A DNA stretch of 63,724 bases, counting the filler, from Perkinsus chesapeaki ATCC PRA-425 (lineage: Eukaryota; Protista; Perkinsozoa), in NCBI GenBank assembly GCA_013115145.1. It is 5 parts of 5 records of this genome, joined end to end, with 100 filler letters (N's around TTAATTAATTAA, not from the genome) between each part and the next. Parts side by side here need not be neighbours in the genome. Positions count along the whole stretch, not along the records: positions 28,875 to 52,641 come from JAAPAO010000559.1; 4 more parts are not named here. One strand, 5' to 3'. Positions 38,614 to 50,165 of this stretch are shown here, one piece after another. Positions within the stretch are counted from its first letter, which is position 1. The number at the start of each line of letters is the position of its first letter. The notes beneath the pieces were generated by a model. That model ran no database searches and was not told the DNA's origin. It worked only from the letters and a program-made list of their open reading frames with translations. The position numbers were made by a program, and so were the translations under genes.

Positions 38614-40729
38614 CTAATGGCCAACTGCTCTACCATGTACTAGGCCCAGAACGGCGTAAAATGTACCCACGGCGATGGTTGCCGTGGCGAGAGCGAGTCC
38701 GCCATATGTGAGACATAGACGAGCTCCCTTTGGTTCCTCAATGCGTAAATAAAACCATAGAGGAAATATGTAAATAGAACCTTGATAGAGAACGTAGCAG
38801 GGATGGGCTGGTGAGGGTGTATTACAGGCAGTGAGAAGTATGCCGCCTACTGCTTGGAAGTAGGCGAGTTGACTTCTGGCAAGCACGGCTAATAAGGCGA
38901 TGATGGACACTAGCAGACAACGCCATAAAAGCCTCCAGAAAATGCTGCCAGCTACAACAGCAGTAGTTGAGAATTTTTCCTGAGAAAATACATTATCCAG
39001 GAATCGAACCTGGACGGATGGGTATACAACGAGACGCTCTACCACTAGACCAAATCTGCTGTGTTTTCAAACGGACTTACCAGTAAGTTGGCAATCTGTG
39101 TTTCGCTACTTACCATTACAGGGACCATGAGACAGGGAACGAATGCGATCATTCTAACCAAAAGCAGCACACATGCTGTGTAAATGAGCCACTTTGGTAC
39201 GATTCCCGCGGGGACACCTAAATCAAAATACCCTCACCGAGGATCGAACCTCCGCCCTTCCCTGTTATTACGTATGAGGCTTTCTACATATACCTGCTCA
39301 CACGGACCATCGCAGATCATCATTCCGGTTATACCCAAAACATAAACGTAAATAATTGAAAGAACAAGGCAAATAAGCATCGAGACGTTAATTCGCCTCG
39401 GAGTTGTATCTGGTAGAATAATCCATCATAGGCAGAATCTCAAATCCAACTGGACGAGCGATAGAACCAGTTACCTTCAAGATGCGTCAAGATAAACAAA
39501 TAAGCAGGTAATAATTTAATTTTTAATAGACAAATAAGATGTTGAATACAATGATTTATCATCCTAGAAATCAACACCAAACAGAAATGCCAACTGAGAC
39601 GGCAGCGATGGTGACACCTACTACCTCTGACACAGCCATAGAAAGGCGGCAGAGAGGGTGCTGCACCAGAGTTCCAAATAGACAATGCAATAGCAGTGAA
39701 GAAATTAAGGGCATAGGGCTCGGTTATGTGCAAGTTGTCCCCAAACTGTGTAGGTTCTGTGGAGTGTACCAGTATACCTGCGGTAACCTGAGCACGATGA
39801 GAGGAAAGTGTGGTATGAAAGCGATGCGGTGATTGTTACTACCCAGAGCCCTAAGCCTCCAAACAAAGTGACAACTGCTAGTACTGCTAAAATGTTAGTG
39901 ATTTCCTTCATATAGGGAAAGATGATCAACAACAGAGAAATGAATGAGAACACAACTATCCACCATTCAACTGAAAGCAATAATAAAATCTTCATAGTGC
40001 GAAAAGATACTCTTACCGCTGACGGAATCGACGATAATATGTGTAGTGATTCCCATGGCAGCGACCAGTCCAATAATGGCCATAAAGTACTCGAGGAAAA
40101 TCGTCTGAAAAGAGAGTCGCTTAATTATAAACCACAAAGCTCATGTCCTTTCGTGAACGTTCCCAAAGGAGGCCCCCCTCTGAGAGTCTCGATCACAACG
40201 GTCGACTGTGCGACTGGCAGTAGAACTCACCAGAGAAGCAATCCTCCTGCCGAGTTTGCCGCCACTAACTTCAGCTAGAAAGGTGTATTCTCGCTCGAAT
40301 GGTGGTACATCTTTCTCCAAGGCATATGTTATAACCTTATCATTTTGAAGAGTCTTGCTGACTAGTTTTATGCATAGATATACCGACGCAGCGGTAACGG
40401 CTTGAATCGGAATGGATAATATCCCAACAGTTGTGAACATGAAAGGTACAGAGAGGCCAATGGTAGTTAAAGCATTAATGCACATGAAGATAAATGACCT
40501 AATTAAAGATACAATCATAATAATAATGCCAATCCTACCTTAATGAAATTCCCCTTTCCATCCGCTTGCAAACAGCTCCCTTGGCAGAAACCTTGCCCGG
40601 GGCTGCAAGCGGCGGTTGAACGACCTCCAGCTCAACATCGGTATCGATATCGAGGCTTGCGGGGATGTCGTCGGGGACAGTAGTGGCAACGGTGAGCTCT
40701 GATGGGGAGTAGAACTCGCTTGTAGCCAT
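38614..40729 (-). CDS. Amino acid/auxin permease family (AAAP, Aa_trans) transporter 1, multi-exon
   Basis: Acidic N-tail, then RSFIFMCINALTTIGLSVPFMF...; many hydrophobic exons; C-terminal GSIYIFPLWFYL...VGTFYAV. Confidence 0.8.
38990..39060 (-). mobile_element. tRNA-derived (SINE-head-like) intronic sequence, representative copy
   Basis: A-box-like TGGTCTAGTGG, perfect T-arm CCAGG-TTCGATT-CCTGG, degenerate acceptor and anticodon stems; ends just before the 3' splice site of an AAAP-1 intron. Confidence 0.65.
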
Positions 40730-40765
40730 CGGTGAGCACAGAATGCTCGGAGCGGATGAAAACTC

Positions 40766-42400
40766 CTAAAGGTAGGATTCTCCGCGCAAGGAACAGGGGA
40801 GCACGCACGCGCAAATATGCACGCAAGTACAATGGAGAAGATGAACTAAGCAGCTGTTGACGAAGAGTGATGAAGCCAGAGCTAATAAGACTAATAAAAA
40901 CCAATAAGTCAGAACTGGCTTGAACAATAGATCGTACGCCCACAAGGGAGAACCCGTGCTCTTAAGAGCCACCTCAGGTGCTTCGAACTGGACGGGGTGA
41001 GAGTAGATGGCAGAGAGGCAAGGAGAGCAATTCTCTCAGGAAACTGGGGGTTGTTTGCAAAAAAGAAGGAAGCTTGGAGTCGCGGAGGGTTTACCAGGGG
41101 TGACGAGACTGTTTGGAATCGGATGTCGAGACGGCGCGACGTGGCATCGACTAGCATGCGTCACGGCGCAGTTTTGCTGGGAAGGATCATCCAAAGTTTG
41201 AATTCAATTAGGTTACTTTGGGTAACCAACTTTGTTAGGGTGATTAGTAATAATGGTACACCTACGAGGTGAATCGCTTCACGACAAATTGGTACCATCC
41301 TTATCGCGCTAACAACGAACCACGAACCCAGTCGGCGGTTCACGATCTGTCCCTGCTCCCGGCGCCGCATTAACGCACTGCTGCTGCGGAAGATACCGAC
41401 CATGCGCGGAGCCTAGCATACCATGGCAAAGTAGAACTGGTGTCATAATCCCTGGCCAAAGGCCAGGCTGGGCAAGGCTTTTCACATTGAAGAGCGAATG
41501 CATGCGTGACAGAGAAAGCATCTTGGTGCAATACTCAGCTGCACAATTATTGGACTTTTCCTAGAAGCATGCACACATCTGTCGGGTTGGTTACTTCCGC
41601 ACTTTACCAAACAGCGAAGCGGGCCGCAAACACTTGAAATACCGCGACTCAACAGCTGGAGAACTGTGGGCTGTTAGTGGGACGCGACAGCACTCCCGAT
41701 TATGGTTGCAATGGTAAGCAACATGTATATTTTTCGTGTTAAACCGTTTTCTCGTGATTGTCCGCTCCTTCGAGCAGAACTTTGCCGCCTCGCAGATATT
41801 CCTTGTATGATCGCAACAGAGCCAAGTATTTGACTGGGGGCAAGAAACGATTGCAGGAGAACATCTGAGGGCTTTATACCTCCACCAAAACTACATAGGA
41901 CCAATTTCACCGTTTACTCCCCATCCTGCTCCAAAACTAACAGGATCATGGTGGCTGTGATCCACAGATCATTCGAATGATATATGATCCTGCTAAGTTA
42001 TTTATGCTATATAGTTTATTGTTCTGAGCCGAAAAAATCAGGTTCACGCCAGAAAATCAGTGCGTTGATCTTTTTCCGTGATCTTTTCTCAGGATCACGC
42101 ATGGACCAGGATCCGCATACCGGCCCAGAGCGGTACGTGAGCTGCCAGGAGCACTTTCTGCGATAATAGCCTGAGCCCATTTCGGGAAGTCCACCTGGAT
42201 GTGGCCCCGTGGCAAGACTGAATACTTCGAGTCCTTGAGGTAAAGCTTGTGGTCTCGCACCTTAAGACTCTTAAGTTAAGAGCTGTTGTGTTTTGGTAGT
42301 TGTACACAGGCCCTCGGTAAGAAGTTGCCGCGTAAGTGAATTCTGCTAGGAGGAGTTGGATATCTTAACACCAGTTACATTCTTCTGGCTGAACCATACA
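40766..42400 (-). CDS. Possible multi-exon hypothetical gene with hydrophobic C-terminus
   Basis: Several short minus-strand open segments with GT/AG borders ending in a TM-like stretch (YWFLLVLLALASSLFV); no family recognised. Confidence 0.25.
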
Positions 42401-44533
42401 GTGACAAAACCGTATGGGTATTAAACTCTCCCTGAAGCAGTTGCACATAAAATGGATAGTCTAACTAAGCCATTTTCGGCGTTGGACTAAGCTCACACTT
42501 TTTCTGCGGGCGCGCCTTTCGAACACATACCAATAGCGTTCCTGGACCACGCTTATTGAGCATGATCCCTTGAGCTCTCTTGAGAAAGCGCATCCCCAAT
42601 AACTTGATGACTGATGCCAGACTAGTAACGCTAGTGGCATGTTTCCGGGTCGTGCATTCTGGCGCCGCGCCAGTGGCGCGTGCGTGCTAAGTTGTCACCA
42701 ATCTGGTGCATGCGTGCAGACGTTTTGCGATTGAACAGACAGTAGTACTGTCAATACGTCAGCACGCCACAGTATGTGTATCATTTCTTACCACTACAGC
42801 TCGCAGACGGCGCAACGATCGGTATGTACATATATCTGTTCCTGATGCCCAGTTTTGTTGCTAGGATTCCGGCGAAACTTGCACACACCGTGTCCTCTCC
42901 TTTCCGCATGCATATGATTGGTATCGACGGGAACACAGCAATATGGCGTTCCTGGGAGAAAACTTGATGCTTAACAGCTAGACAGCTTCATAAGTCTAAG
43001 TGACGACCACACGGTTGAAATTCTCAACTCAAAAGCGAGGCGCTTCGATACATTACTATAGTTATTGTGAAGGCATGCCAGTCAGCTCTGCGAAATCAAG
43101 TCAGGCTTTAGAGCCTTCAGGTGTTGATATAGGAGTGGTCAACGGAGAAATTGGGAGAGGCATATCCCTCTGGTGAGCTCAAACGACTCAAGCCGAGTCG
43201 CATTTGTGCCTCCAGGGCATTCTTCTTCGTATGCTGCAATATCGTTATATCCCAAGTTCTCTCTGTCCCGTTCATGTTCACTACAGCTGGCTGGGTGGCA
43301 TTCATCACTCAAGCTTTGGCAGCTGTATTGGCATTCATTTGTATTCAACTTGTGAGAATAGCTTTGAGGGATGAAAGGGTACCAAACGATTTGCAGTGGT
43401 GTTATATACGCATCTATCAGGTGGTTGATTATGCAGAGCAGAAAGGCATCCCGCCATTCGAAAGGGAATATACATTTCTCGGCGAATTCTGTGCCGGCAG
43501 TTTGGGAAGAGTCGGAATAACTTTGGTGAGCGACGGAGCGTTCCCGATCGTGGGCGTGGTCGGTTATAAAATTATGAGAGGAAGACAGTACAATCTCATC
43601 TCTGTACTGGAGTATATTTACTAGTGGAACTTGCTCAACTCCAACTGTATCCAAAGCGACAGTTAGTCGAGCTTCGAGGAGAACGTGAAGCCGCATGATC
43701 CATTGTTTATTAACATGTCACATGTAACATCATTTTTGTCACTGCGGGGTGCTCATCGATCTGTACCATAGCGCAAGCTCCATAGGTTCCACCTTATTCG
43801 GGGGTCTAAAAGCATTCCGGCCAAGTTGCATTTAGGAACAAACAGCCGTCGCACAACCTTCATCATCTTCATATTCTTTTGTATTGTTTTTGCTTTGAAT
43901 CATGCTGCCATTGTTGGTATAGCTGGGATGCATGTATGTCAGGGCGTTTGTCATCCATTCTATCCCAATATCCTCGAGGGTAAGGGGCTCCCTGAAAGGG
44001 AGCTTAGCATTCGAAGAGCTAAGCTCTTTCAACGCGGGTCCATCGTTGAGGTTCACTTGACAAGAGTGACTTATCTACTGCTTCTACATCCTAATGTTCA
44101 TGGGGCTGGTCGCTATGACTGAGATCGGTTTAGCGCCGCTGGTGGTAACTACCGAGAGATTACTAGCCAACTTCTTGATGGTCTGTTGGAACTTCTGCTG
44201 TATAACGTCTACGGCCGCGAGCCCAACACATTGGTGGCTTCGTCATGCGTTTGTCCGAGTATGAGTTTTTTTCCTCTCCGTATGCTGATTCCGGACTATG
44301 CACTATATAACTCACTGTGAGTTACTCACACAATTCCTGTCTATCGCACGATTGTCGTACCACGCTAATAGCGTGACGTTATTACTAGCTTCATTTGCTC
44401 GTGATATTCTACTCATTGCTCACTCTGTTTACTGCTCTATCTCACTTCGGAAACAACTCATCCTTGTGGTGTTTAATTATTTAACTTATCTGATAGTTGT
44501 GTTATTAAACTTTAATACCACTGCAACTATCAG

Positions 44534-44740
44534 TGTAGAGGGTTGGTCGTTGGATGAACACGATACTAAGAGGATAATGAAGAGACTTAACTTATTACGA
44601 TAAATTATGCGAGAGATATCTGACGCTAGGCTAAAGATACTCCCAGAAATGTCACAAAATAAGGGACAGATCCACTTATTGCAAAGGAGACACAAAGACG
44701 ACACAATTCTCATCTAATCATGCTTCACCTTCCATCCACA
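44534..44740 (-). repeat. 3' LTR (207 bp)
   Basis: tgtagaggg...catccaca, identical by eye to 50622-50828; adjacent polypurine tract GAGGGGGG (minus strand) at 44743-44750. Confidence 0.93.
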
Positions 44741-44748
44741 CGCCCCCC

Positions 44749-46320
44749 TCACGCAGAGACTGCGGGAATCTTCTTCCTACGAGGCAATCTAGATAGCTTA
44801 GGCGGATCAGCTTCATCACAATACTTCCACTCTTCTTCATCCAAATTCAGCCATTCAGGCTCAGACCCATCATCCCAAGTAATCAGACAATTCAGAATAG
44901 GACCAGAGGATAGAGTGGTGCCATCACGACGAATAGTCCCGGTATAAAAATCAGAATTACCACTAGCATCTTTGATCTTGACTGTCACTCGAGCACCTTC
45001 ACGACCTGGTCCAATAAAATCATCAAAAGCCTTCACCGATTCTTCAAAGGGACATAAGTTATGAATAGACTCAACTTGTTTTCGGCCACCAGGAAGTAAC
45101 ACCAATAGACGGTTGCCAGACAAAATAGAATCAACGAAACCAAGGCAACTTGCAATATCAGCTTTCCTCATCCGCTGCCTTATCCCGGCAACGGGTTCAC
45201 CGACATAAGGACGCCAACGTCGTTGCTTCTGACCCCCAAGAATCTCTAATACATGGGTTCTCAACGAACGCCAGTATGTCTCTAAATAGTGCTTACGAAA
45301 GGCCAAAGCATCCCTAGCCGGAAAGCACTTCAGAGGAAATCCAGCGACTTGCAGAGGACCAACTTGTTTCTCATAACCGAATGCCAATAAGTCAGGGGTG
45401 GTTGGTCGCATCTTCGAGTCGATCTCTATTAACTGCCCTAGAGGGCGAGAATTGAGAACATACGCCAAATAGTCCAGTAACAACCGGAAATCGTCATCAT
45501 TCTCAGGGATTCGGCCTCGTACAAAGCGTAGATTTTTCCTCAAGATAGAAAGGGCGATACCATGTAACCGGTTAGCTCGACCAGCTTCCCAAGGGGATGA
45601 AGATGCCAAAGTATGAACTTCTGCGCCTAAAATACGCAGCAATTCTTGATGGAAAAGCGCGGAGCAAAAGTAGCTAGCATTATCAACATAAACGTGACGT
45701 AAACCACCACGTTGAAGTTGTGCTCGGTGGAGACATTTCAGAATAGCGTTCATATCTTCCTTATTCAAAGGGAAAAGAGAACAGTGGCCGGTTCCACGGC
45801 ATACGATAACCAAAACCTTCTTGTCTCCGAGATGTAACACGTCGACATCAACACGCCAATACGGTGGTTCTTCCATCATAAGCTTTGACTCGTCCTTTTG
45901 CATTACCGGGGCAGATTTACCTCGACGAGCTTTCTCTAGGCGACACGGTACACACCGAAATAAGAGACTTCTCACTTCTCGTTGGCCAGCTGGGAGATAA
46001 AATTGGTTACAATGTGCTAGGGTAGCTTCCCGCCCCCCATGACCACATAACCGATGTGCGTCACGTACTAACAGCTTTCTCCACAACGGAGTCGACTTGG
46101 GAATATAGAACTGTCGTAGTGGTTCGCCAATAGGGCTCCCTAAATTGAAATAAATAACACCATCTTCTTCAGATATACCACCGCCGCCATTAACCAATCT
46201 CTGTCGTTGCTCAGAAGGAAGAGAGCTCTGAGCGCTTCGTACCAACGTCATCAATTCATTAGTAGATGAGTCGTTAGTAACGTCACGCTTACAGCTTTGA
46301 GCTAACCATGCTCGGAGCAC
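44749..46320 (-). CDS. Retrotransposon integrase: HHCC zinc finger, DDE-type core, DUF5641-like region, C-terminal Tudor-like module
   Basis: HRLCGHGG...CVPC; DVDVLH; VYVDNASYF; SPWEAG; LNSRPLG; tail GARVTV...FYTGTI...ITWDDGSEPEWLNLDEEEW. Confidence 0.85.
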   Translation of the reverse strand: MLRAWLAQSCKRDVTNDSSTNELMTLVRSAQSSLPSEQRQRLVNGGGGISEEDGVIYFNLGSPIGEPLRQFYIPKSTPLWRKLLVRDAHRLCGHGGREATLAHCNQFYLPAGQREVRSLLFRCVPCRLEKARRGKSAPVMQKDESKLMMEEPPYWRVDVDVLHLGDKKVLVIVCRGTGHCSLFPLNKEDMNAILKCLHRAQLQRGGLRHVYVDNASYFCSALFHQELLRILGAEVHTLASSSPWEAGRANRLHGIALSILRKNLRFVRGRIPENDDDFRLLLDYLAYVLNSRPLGQLIEIDSKMRPTTPDLLAFGYEKQVGPLQVAGFPLKCFPARDALAFRKHYLETYWRSLRTHVLEILGGQKQRRWRPYVGEPVAGIRQRMRKADIASCLGFVDSILSGNRLLVLLPGGRKQVESIHNLCPFEESVKAFDDFIGPGREGARVTVKIKDASGNSDFYTGTIRRDGTTLSSGPILNCLITWDDGSEPEWLNLDEEEWKYCDEADPPKLSRLPRRKKIPAVSA

Positions 46321-46382
46321 GGTGCCTTACGTAAGGTGACCTTACGTAAGGAACCACACGTTTCAAGAGCTCCATGTAAATC

Positions 46383-49300
46383 TCACGTTTCTCCAGCAAT
46401 ACCTTCCACCAAACATGATGCTGAAGGTACCGAACGAACCGATAGCGACCGGAGAGAAAAAACCGCGTCAATGGCCATGATCGTGCTTTCAGCAGCTACC
46501 ATCTTGTCAAGCTGTAGACTTGGAACTCTCGAGTCTTCTTCATCTGAGGTGGCAATCAGAAAAGCAGAGTCATCTGCGACAATATACGATGCGAGCGAAT
46601 CAACAGGGGCATCATACGGTGGAACGCCATTAGAGTCAAAAGCCAATAAAGCCGAAGAAAGCGTATCCGTCGAGCCATCGATCATCTCGCAGCGACGGTC
46701 GAAGATTCTCGATAAATAGTCAGCTCGCTCGTTTTCCTCGCCGCTCAAGTACGTAACCGAAATAGTGGAACCCACTACAATTGTTCTTATGGTTGCACAT
46801 TCATCCGCACAAGCACCAAGGAGACGGCTTATGGCACGCCGCTCAAGAGACTTGGACTTGGGCACTGCCGGCAGACCAGAAGTTGTAGCAGATGACCAGG
46901 AAACCGTTGCCCGATTATCACAACGTATACGTATATCAAAGTGGCTTTTGTGCTTAAGGCACAAAGGATAAGCAGCCGTGACGATATCACCGACAGACTG
47001 TAGACAACGGAGTAGGGCGCATAGCTCTCGTCTGTTGCTGTGCCATGCTGTTTGCTTGGCCCGCCATCTCCAACAGTCTTCACGAAGAGTAACGTGTGAT
47101 CCGTCACCAATCACATAGTCAATAACATAACCACCACCGGATAGACTGGCGTCTGAGGCACACTCGAGAACCAAGACTGAACCATTCTCCGAGAGCGGAG
47201 AGCCGGAGGGATGACAGCACGCAGATGCATCGCTCTCACGCTCGAGAACCCACTTCAATAACGGAAACATTACCGAATAGGAGGTTGAAGATATAGGTAC
47301 CAACTCATCCCAATTACTACCAGCGGCACCAGCGACACTTCTCAGGGTGTCCGCCAGCGCTCGATCCACTGCATGTTGTAGTAACGGGTCAGTGCCAAGG
47401 GAGCCAGCAAGAGCAAACATATTTCGTCGGCTGAAACTCATAGACCTTATCATCTCGTCTGCTTTTTTGGCTGATTGGGCAAATCGGTCAAGACGCTCAC
47501 ATCGTAAAACCAAATGTCCATCAGAGAACTCGATATTGACACCAAGATACTTCCCGGTGTCACCGACAGAAGAAATTACACCACGTTCGGACAGTGCTTG
47601 TTGTAACTCGTCCCGTAAAAGTGGTGTCGAGAGTGCGGAGAACTTGCGGTAAGGAGTATGTTGTCCACTAGCCACCAACGTATTCAACCAAAGGGAAAGG
47701 TCTCGAACCGGAGTGTACACGTTGTGAGCTGCCAGCATATAGTCGTCGACCACCAGTTCAAAGATGTCGCTATCAAGATGACCAGAGAGCGCGTCCTGGC
47801 TAGCCGATAAGGATGAATGGAGGCCTCCAGGACCAACGTTCACTCCAAACGTAAGTCGACTCGATACAAATCGGCGGTCACCAACGAATAGGAGCATCTG
47901 CACACGAGTCAATCTAACATGATAAAATGCGGCAGTTATATCTCCTACCAGCAAAACTGCCGGTGCTGATAGGAGCAGACGGACGAAAATAGCCGCCGTG
48001 GAAGGAACGTAGCTAGATGCAGGTGGCAGGATGGAATTTGCTCCTCTAAAATCACAAACTAAACGAGGCTTGCGACTTCCAAGAGTTTCCTCGCCACCCA
48101 GCAAAAAAACATTCGCCTTGTACGGAGAATCGAAACTTTGGTCAACCTCAGTCCACCACTGACGTTGAACATACTCGTCTACCAGATCATTAAATATCCG
48201 CTTCCTGGCCGGGCTCAAACGGGCCATAAGCGAGCTCGAATACTCGTGCACAACAACACTGTCAGTGGGTTGTGGAAACTTGAGTTCACAAACGATGCTC
48301 TGTTGTGGGATATCAACTATCTCAGCAGGGACTAACGTTCGGAAGGAATACTCAAATTTCGGAGCATAGGGGACAGGACGCCATCCGTGACCACACAAAC
48401 GAATCAACGCCGCGGAAACGATGGCGTCCTCATCAGCTTTAGGCTGAATTGAGATGGAATCAGCACCAGACATCGTAGGAGGTGGAGCGAGTGAAACAAT
48501 ACCATCGTCGGCGTTCACATCGTCCACTGAATATACACCACAAATCTCTGAGCGATCGTCTTGAGAGAAATTGTCCCAAGGGACAGAAACGACAATGCCG
48601 AGGCGATTCAACGCTTCACGGCCCAGAAGAACACGGAAAGGACCACAATCGTCATGTTGTACAGCACCTGTCGTCGAAGGGAGAATATTGAAAGATATCG
48701 GGACCCGAGATGAGTCATCGAGCAAACATAACGTACCAATAACTTTCTGACCAACCTCAACCAGAGAGCCATCTGCTAGCTCTACCACTGAACTGTCCCC
48801 TTTAGCACAAGGGGAACAAGGGTAAGAAGAACCAAGCCAATATGATAAACCAGCACCTGTATCAACCACGGCATCGACATAATACCAATCATTAGGAGTC
48901 ATACCCGGCGCAAACTTGGCCTTCAGGACTATCTCTGGGGGAATCAAACCATCTGAAACAGCGTAAGCCACTCGGTCTTGCTCGGTCGGAGAGGAACTCT
49001 TTGCCAATTGATGGGTGCTAGTACCACTATTACCACTGTTCGTTTGGCGTCCATGGTAAGGGCGAACATAAAGCTGGACATCGATTTCCTCAGAGTTAGG
49101 CATAGGAGTATCCTTGCGATAACCAAAAATACAAAATGGCTTACTTTGGCGGTTTTTACCGCAGAAAACAAAGTCAGCATGAGTCAGGGCTTTCACTTTA
49201 TCACGGTTCTTGGAGTCAGCGCCACAACCATAATATACAGAAGCACAAGCCTTCTCAATGCTCTCGATCTCTTGAATGCGAGCCACTCTCGATGGACCGC

Positions 49301-50165
49301 TCGGAGACTTGCCATTCAAGGAAGTACCATTTCCTAGCTGGTCAGAGTCCTCGGAAGACTGACACGCAGCTCTGATGGCTTCGCAGACGCTGGGGCCTTC
49401 GAGTGAAACCAGAGGAAGCAGCGCCTCCCAATCTTGATTACAGTCATCCTCGAGATGCCAGGCACCTCCAGACATCGCTTGATGGCAGGATCGGATCTTC
49501 TCGACAGTTTGCTTCCGCAAATCACTAGGTAATTTAGCAACTGTCATTCTTATCATAGCCCGCAACTCGCTTATATCTTGAGCATAAACGGCAACATACA
49601 ACGTGTGGATATTTTTTACTCGTCGAATAAAAAGGTCACAATGTCGTATACCGTCAAATTTTAGTTGACCAAGGCGTCTACGATATTCTTCTCGAAGTGA
49701 CCGGCGAGAGCAAAACTGCTTGACCAAGGAATCCACTAAGGGTTGCCATTCATAGCAGTTATCACCAACCTCCTCGTGAGCAGCCTCTTTCACTTCTGTC
49801 TCTTCCAACGTGGCCAAGAAAGCAATGGTGATGGAGCATTCCAAATCCCTGTCCGGGACGAATCTCTCTTCACCGTAGCTACTCATATGAACGCCGCCTC
49901 CAGCTTCGACCAGGAGACGACCGAAGGCACCCAGATGTGATTTCAAGCGGAAACGGTCGGTGAGCTTAGGAAAGCGGATTTTTGCTAACGGACTCCGAAG
50001 TGAGCGTTGTCCTCCGTTTACGATCTCTACCAGAATAGTACTCATAAGGTGGATCCGGAGCATAAGCCAAACGCCTCTGATCACGAACAAGTCCACGAGA
50101 AGACACATGAGTAGGTACCAAGGAGAAGGAAGTTGAAGAGGACGACGAGTCACCATCGTCACCAT
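46383..50165 (-). CDS. Gag (C-terminal part)-protease-reverse transcriptase-RNase H polyprotein
   Basis: AVVDTGAG (aspartic protease); PRLVCDF, DITAAF, FGVNVGP, VVDD (RT); SDAS, ELCAL, CDN, ADYLSR (RNase H). Confidence 0.9.
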   Translation of the reverse strand: MVTMVTRRPLQLPSPWYLLMCLLVDLFVIRGVWLMLRIHLMSTILVEIVNGGQRSLRSPLAKIRFPKLTDRFRLKSHLGAFGRLLVEAGGGVHMSSYGEERFVPDRDLECSITIAFLATLEETEVKEAAHEEVGDNCYEWQPLVDSLVKQFCSRRSLREEYRRRLGQLKFDGIRHCDLFIRRVKNIHTLYVAVYAQDISELRAMIRMTVAKLPSDLRKQTVEKIRSCHQAMSGGAWHLEDDCNQDWEALLPLVSLEGPSVCEAIRAACQSSEDSDQLGNGTSLNGKSPSGPSRVARIQEIESIEKACASVYYGCGADSKNRDKVKALTHADFVFCGKNRQSKPFCIFGYRKDTPMPNSEEIDVQLYVRPYHGRQTNSGNSGTSTHQLAKSSSPTEQDRVAYAVSDGLIPPEIVLKAKFAPGMTPNDWYYVDAVVDTGAGLSYWLGSSYPCSPCAKGDSSVVELADGSLVEVGQKVIGTLCLLDDSSRVPISFNILPSTTGAVQHDDCGPFRVLLGREALNRLGIVVSVPWDNFSQDDRSEICGVYSVDDVNADDGIVSLAPPPTMSGADSISIQPKADEDAIVSAALIRLCGHGWRPVPYAPKFEYSFRTLVPAEIVDIPQQSIVCELKFPQPTDSVVVHEYSSSLMARLSPARKRIFNDLVDEYVQRQWWTEVDQSFDSPYKANVFLLGGEETLGSRKPRLVCDFRGANSILPPASSYVPSTAAIFVRLLLSAPAVLLVGDITAAFYHVRLTRVQMLLFVGDRRFVSSRLTFGVNVGPGGLHSSLSASQDALSGHLDSDIFELVVDDYMLAAHNVYTPVRDLSLWLNTLVASGQHTPYRKFSALSTPLLRDELQQALSERGVISSVGDTGKYLGVNIEFSDGHLVLRCERLDRFAQSAKKADEMIRSMSFSRRNMFALAGSLGTDPLLQHAVDRALADTLRSVAGAAGSNWDELVPISSTSYSVMFPLLKWVLERESDASACCHPSGSPLSENGSVLVLECASDASLSGGGYVIDYVIGDGSHVTLREDCWRWRAKQTAWHSNRRELCALLRCLQSVGDIVTAAYPLCLKHKSHFDIRIRCDNRATVSWSSATTSGLPAVPKSKSLERRAISRLLGACADECATIRTIVVGSTISVTYLSGEENERADYLSRIFDRRCEMIDGSTDTLSSALLAFDSNGVPPYDAPVDSLASYIVADDSAFLIATSDEEDSRVPSLQLDKMVAAESTIMAIDAVFSLRSLSVRSVPSASCLVEGIAGET

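Noticed and set aside
38990-39060. Functional tRNA gene (and the other GGTTCGA hits)
   Set aside because: Acceptor and anticodon stems do not pair properly; treated as tRNA-derived intronic relics.
41440-41490. PVLLCHGMLGS resembling an alpha/beta-hydrolase HG motif
   Set aside because: No GxSxG or other supporting motif found, and alternative frames are equally plausible.
44486-44713. Identical 'MRIVSSLCLL...' ORFs here and at 50586-50801
   Set aside because: Incidental translations of the two identical LTRs.
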